Shown here one piece after another: positions 26,184 through 29,651 of a stretch of DNA of 29,651 nucleotides. The stretch is taken from assembly GCA_031259035.1 (NCBI GenBank), contig JAIRLZ010000220.1, forward strand, positions 1 to 29,651, read 5' to 3'. Position 1 is the stretch's first letter. Every line of letters starts with the position of its first letter. The notes beneath the pieces are model-generated. The model did not search any database. It saw only the letters and a list, made by a program, of their open reading frames with translations, and was not told where the DNA came from. The translations under genes were made by a program, and so were the position numbers. This stretch comes from Treponema sp. (GTDB taxonomy: Bacteria; Spirochaetota; Spirochaetia; Treponematales; Breznakiellaceae).

Positions 26184-27302
26184 GTGTACGATTATTTGAT
26201 TGCCGGCGCGGGACTGTTCGGCGCGGTGTTCGCGCATGAAGCGGCGGCGCGGGGGAAAACGTGTCTTGTCATTGACAAGCGTCCGCACATCGCCGGAAAT
26301 ATTTATACCGAAACCATCAACGGCGTCATTGTACACAAGTATGGGGCGCACATTTTTCACACCAACGACAAAACCGTGTGGGATTATATAAACAGATTCG
26401 CCGAATTCAACAACTACATCAATTCGCCCATCGCGCGTTATAAAGATGAACTGTACAACTTGCCGTTTAATATGAACACGTTCAACAAAATGTGGGGTGT
26501 CAAGACCCCGGCGGAAGCGATGGCTGTTATTGAAAAACAGCGCGCCGAAGCCGGTGGCGCCGGTGGCGGCGCCATTGGCGTTACAGAGCCGAAAAACCTT
26601 GAGGAGCAGGCGCTGTTTCTCGTAGGGCGCGACATATACGAGAAGCTCATAAAAGGGTACACCGAAAAACAGTGGGGCATGGAATGTACGGAGCTTCCCG
26701 CCTTCATCATCAAGCGGCTTCCTTTGCGTTTTATATATGACAACAACTACTTCAACGACCGGTATCAGGGCGTCCCTGTGGGCGGCTACACGCGCATAGT
26801 TGAAAAACTGCTTTCAGACAGCGAAGTTAAGCTCAATACGGACTATGTTGATTTTAGCAAAAAAAACGAGCGTATCGCCGAAAAAATCGTGTATACCGGG
26901 GCTATTGATGAGTTCTTTGGTTATTGCCATGGGGCGCTTGAGTACCGCTCGCTGCGTTTTGAGACCGAGGAGTTTGCCGAAGAGAACCATCAGGGCGCCG
27001 CCGTCGTGAACTATACGGATCGTTCGGTTCCGTACACCCGCGTCATTGAACACAAGCATTTTGAATTTGGCGGGCAGCCGAATACGGTGGTCACCCGTGA
27101 ATACCCAGTCGCGTGGAAAAAGGGGCTTGAGCCGTACTATCCGGTGAACAACGAGAAGAACAACGCCTTGTATCTCAAATACAAAGAGATGGCGGACAAG
27201 CGTCCCGATGTCATTTTTGGCGGGCGGCTTGGGCGGTATCGGTACTATGATATGGATACGGTAATCGCAAAAGCGTTGGATGTGGAAAAAAGTGAACTGT
27301 AA
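26184..27302 (+). CDS. glf: UDP-galactopyranose mutase
   Basis: YDYLIAGAGLFG, HKYGAHIFHT, YT.KQWG, NYF.DRYQG.P, YYPVN, GRLG.Y.YYDM; GTG start directly after the GT2 stop. Confidence 0.97.
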   Translation: MYDYLIAGAGLFGAVFAHEAAARGKTCLVIDKRPHIAGNIYTETINGVIVHKYGAHIFHTNDKTVWDYINRFAEFNNYINSPIARYKDELYNLPFNMNTFNKMWGVKTPAEAMAVIEKQRAEAGGAGGGAIGVTEPKNLEEQALFLVGRDIYEKLIKGYTEKQWGMECTELPAFIIKRLPLRFIYDNNYFNDRYQGVPVGGYTRIVEKLLSDSEVKLNTDYVDFSKKNERIAEKIVYTGAIDEFFGYCHGALEYRSLRFETEEFAEENHQGAAVVNYTDRSVPYTRVIEHKHFEFGGQPNTVVTREYPVAWKKGLEPYYPVNNEKNNALYLKYKEMADKRPDVIFGGRLGRYRYYDMDTVIAKALDVEKSEL

Positions 27303-27304
27303 TA

Positions 27305-27333
27305 TTGATCTTTTCTTAACGATGTGATATACT
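27305..27333 (+). promoter_or_regulatory. sigma70-type promoter with extended -10
   Basis: TTGATC - 17 bp - (TGa)TATACT. Confidence 0.7.
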
Positions 27334-27487
27334 TTTTATCGTTACTGCGTGGGGAAACGGCGTGCGTACGGTTAGCCGTATGGTGCGATTCCCTGAAAAC
27401 GGATTGCTTGATCCGCAACGGCGGACGGCTAATCCAATTATAACATCTCAGGTTTTCAAGGCGTAAAGGCTTGAGGGAGCGTTTAAT

Positions 27488-28000
27488 ATGAAAAGTATTG
27501 GGGAATCCGTGTATTGCCTCGCCTGCTTTTCAGGGCAGGAGCGTACGGTGGAGGATTTTATTAAACAATCCGGTTACAAGGTGATATCAGCCATTGCGGA
27601 ACGGCATGTTGTAAAGCATGGCAAGCGATGCAAAGAGTTTCGCTCTCTGTTGCCGGGATATGTCTTTATGGCAAGTGATGAAGCGCCTGCGTGGGATGTT
27701 TTAATCCGTTTTCGGTATATCAGCCGTCCGTTGCGATACGGAGACGGGAATATGCGTCTGCGCGGCGGCGATTTGGAGTTTGCCCGTTGGCTTCAGCGGC
27801 GCAACGGCGTCATTGAAACGTCAAAAGTTATTCAGGAAGGGACGAAGATTAAAATAATAAGCGGGCCTTTAATGGACTATGAAGGAAAAATCGTAAAAGT
27901 GAATAAACGGCAGAAATGCGCCGCGATTCAGATTGTATCTGAAAAGATACCGTGTACAGTGTGGCTGTCTTTTGATTTTATTGAAGAAGTGAAAAGTTGA
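27488..28000 (+). CDS. NusG-paralog antiterminator (LoaP/UpxY/RfaH class)
   Basis: NGN domain with LLPGYVF; KOW domain G..IKIISGPL..YEG.I..V; first gene of a polysaccharide operon; SD GAGGGAG. Confidence 0.88.
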   Translation: MKSIGESVYCLACFSGQERTVEDFIKQSGYKVISAIAERHVVKHGKRCKEFRSLLPGYVFMASDEAPAWDVLIRFRYISRPLRYGDGNMRLRGGDLEFARWLQRRNGVIETSKVIQEGTKIKIISGPLMDYEGKIVKVNKRQKCAAIQIVSEKIPCTVWLSFDFIEEVKS

Positions 28001-28034
28001 CGATGAAATTTGTTTTGAGGCGAAGGATGCGGAT

Positions 28035-28826
28035 TTGTTAAAGACAATCATAGGGCGTTTAAAATTTTTTCTTAGTTATAGAGAACTTTTTTTGCAGCTT
28101 GTTGTCAGGGATATAAAGCTCAAATACCGGCGCAGCGTATTGGGGTATTTGTGGAGCGTACTGAACCCTCTTCTTACGATGATGGTGATGTATATCGTGT
28201 TCTCCGAGATGTTCAAGTGGAACATTGACAACTTCGCGGTGTATCTTCTTATTGGCAATATGATGTTTTCGTTTATGTCAAACGCGGTGTCGCGTTCCAT
28301 CTTTTCGATTGTTGGAAACGCGGCCCTTTTAAAAAAGACGTTTGTGCCAAAATACATATTCACCGTTTCATCTGTTACGAGCGAACTGGTGAACCTGTTT
28401 TTTTCGTTAATCGCGCTCGTGTTGGTCGTTATTATAACCCATAGCCCCTTAACGTGGCGCATTGTATTGGTAATCATACCGATTGTTGAGTTATATGTGT
28501 TTTGTCTTGGGCTTGGATTGTTGCTGGCTCAATCCGCGGTGTTTTTTAGAGACACCCAGTATTTGTGGGGGATTATCAGCACCATTTGGCTGTATCTTAC
28601 CCCGATATTCTACCCGGTGACCCTGTTGCCCGAACCCCTCCAGTCCGGCGTCAGACAGTTTAATCCTATGTTCATCTACATTGACATGTTCCGCAGCTTT
28701 GGGTTGTGGGCGAAAGCGGTGAGCGTGGGCAGCATTGCGTCAGGCGCTTTCATGGCGATTGCAACGCTTGCCGTTGGGTTATGGTCTTTTTCCATCACAA
28801 AAAGAAAGTTTGTTTTGTATATTTGA
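28035..28826 (+). CDS. wzm: ABC-2 polysaccharide export permease
   Basis: RDIKLKYRRSVLG.LWS.LNP, FFRD, YLTPIFYP, NPM; TTG start. Confidence 0.92.
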   Translation: MLKTIIGRLKFFLSYRELFLQLVVRDIKLKYRRSVLGYLWSVLNPLLTMMVMYIVFSEMFKWNIDNFAVYLLIGNMMFSFMSNAVSRSIFSIVGNAALLKKTFVPKYIFTVSSVTSELVNLFFSLIALVLVVIITHSPLTWRIVLVIIPIVELYVFCLGLGLLLAQSAVFFRDTQYLWGIISTIWLYLTPIFYPVTLLPEPLQSGVRQFNPMFIYIDMFRSFGLWAKAVSVGSIASGAFMAIATLAVGLWSFSITKRKFVLYI

Positions 28827-28835
28827 GGTTGTTTC

Positions 28836-29579
28836 TTGAGTAATCCGATCATTAAAGTTGAAAACGTAGGCATCCGTTTTAATATAGCCTCTGAAAAGAC
28901 GGACAGCTTAAAAGAATATATTATAAAACTTGTAAAAAGAGAGCTCTATTTCAAAGAATTTTGGGCGTTGCAAGACATCAATTTTGAGATGGAGCGTGGC
29001 GAGGCGTTGGCAATAATAGGCGCCAACGGTTCCGGCAAATCGACGTTGTTAAAACTCATCTGTAGAATACTCGATCCCGACACCGGCTCCATTACAGTAA
29101 ATGGAAGCATAGCGCCGCTTATTGAATTAGGCGCCGGTTTGGACGGCGAGTTGACTGCGGAAGAAAACATTGTGTTGGGCGGCGCCCTTTTGGGACACAG
29201 CAAAAAGTTTATGCTGGAGCGCCGGAATGAAATTGTCGCTTTCGCCGAACTTGGCGAGTTTATGCAAATGCCGCTTAAAAACTATTCGTCGGGAATGTAC
29301 GCGCGTTTGGCGTTTGCGCTCTCAACGCTGGTGAAGCCTGACATCTTGATAGTTGACGAAGTGCTTGCTGTAGGCGATATAGCCTTTCAGAAAAAGTGCG
29401 AAAAACGCATGAAAGAGATGCTTGCGGGCGGCACCACGTTGCTTTACGTTTCCCATGACGACACGAGCGTCCGGAATCTGTGTAAAAAGGCGCTCTGGTT
29501 GAAAAAAGGCGGCATGGTGATGATGGGCGACGCTGAAGAAGTCTGCGCCGCTTATGAAGTTTCTATGAGCAATGCGTAA
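28836..29579 (+). CDS. wzt: Polysaccharide export ATPase without a C-terminal carbohydrate-binding domain
   Basis: FWAL.DI.F, GANGSGKST, YSSGM..RLAF, VDEVLAVGD..FQ.KC; 247 aa; TTG start. Confidence 0.93.
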   Translation: MSNPIIKVENVGIRFNIASEKTDSLKEYIIKLVKRELYFKEFWALQDINFEMERGEALAIIGANGSGKSTLLKLICRILDPDTGSITVNGSIAPLIELGAGLDGELTAEENIVLGGALLGHSKKFMLERRNEIVAFAELGEFMQMPLKNYSSGMYARLAFALSTLVKPDILIVDEVLAVGDIAFQKKCEKRMKEMLAGGTTLLYVSHDDTSVRNLCKKALWLKKGGMVMMGDAEEVCAAYEVSMSNA

Positions 29580-29651
29580 ATGAAGGCTCTTGATTTTAGA
29601 GATGGCCGAGGGGGTTTAACTAACGATAATGGGGATTCTGTCGACTAGGGG

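Noticed and set aside
27351-27393. Cobalamin/FMN riboswitch call for the antiterminator leader
   Set aside because: Only GGGAA and a T-loop-like string match; the other conserved elements are missing and the downstream genes do not fit.

Overview
A 29.6-kb bacterial chromosomal window, most likely from a spirochete (Treponema-like; inferred from gene order and protein style, not from a database search). Contents in order: a membrane-anchored alpha/beta hydrolase; a secreted YbjN-fold protein; dnaE with an unusual tandem duplication of its OB-fold; the rpsF-ssb-rpsR-DUF2232-rplI-dnaB-comFB operon; a convergent rseP + beta-propeller pair; clpP; a LolD/MacB-type ABC cassette (ATPase + 2 FtsX-type permeases); a translationally coupled run of LolA-like protein, putative outer-membrane barrel, GT4, galactofuranosyltransferase and glf; and a NusG-paralog-led wzm-wzt operon that probably continues beyond the window. 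Intergenic regions hold a mosaic family of short palindromic REP/MITE-like elements, with no transposase in the window. Four genes appear to have sigma70 promoters placed for leaderless or near-leaderless transcription, two promoters abut 11-bp tandem repeats, and the rpsF leader carries an S6:S18-type autoregulatory structure. No rRNA, tRNA or CRISPR array was seen.
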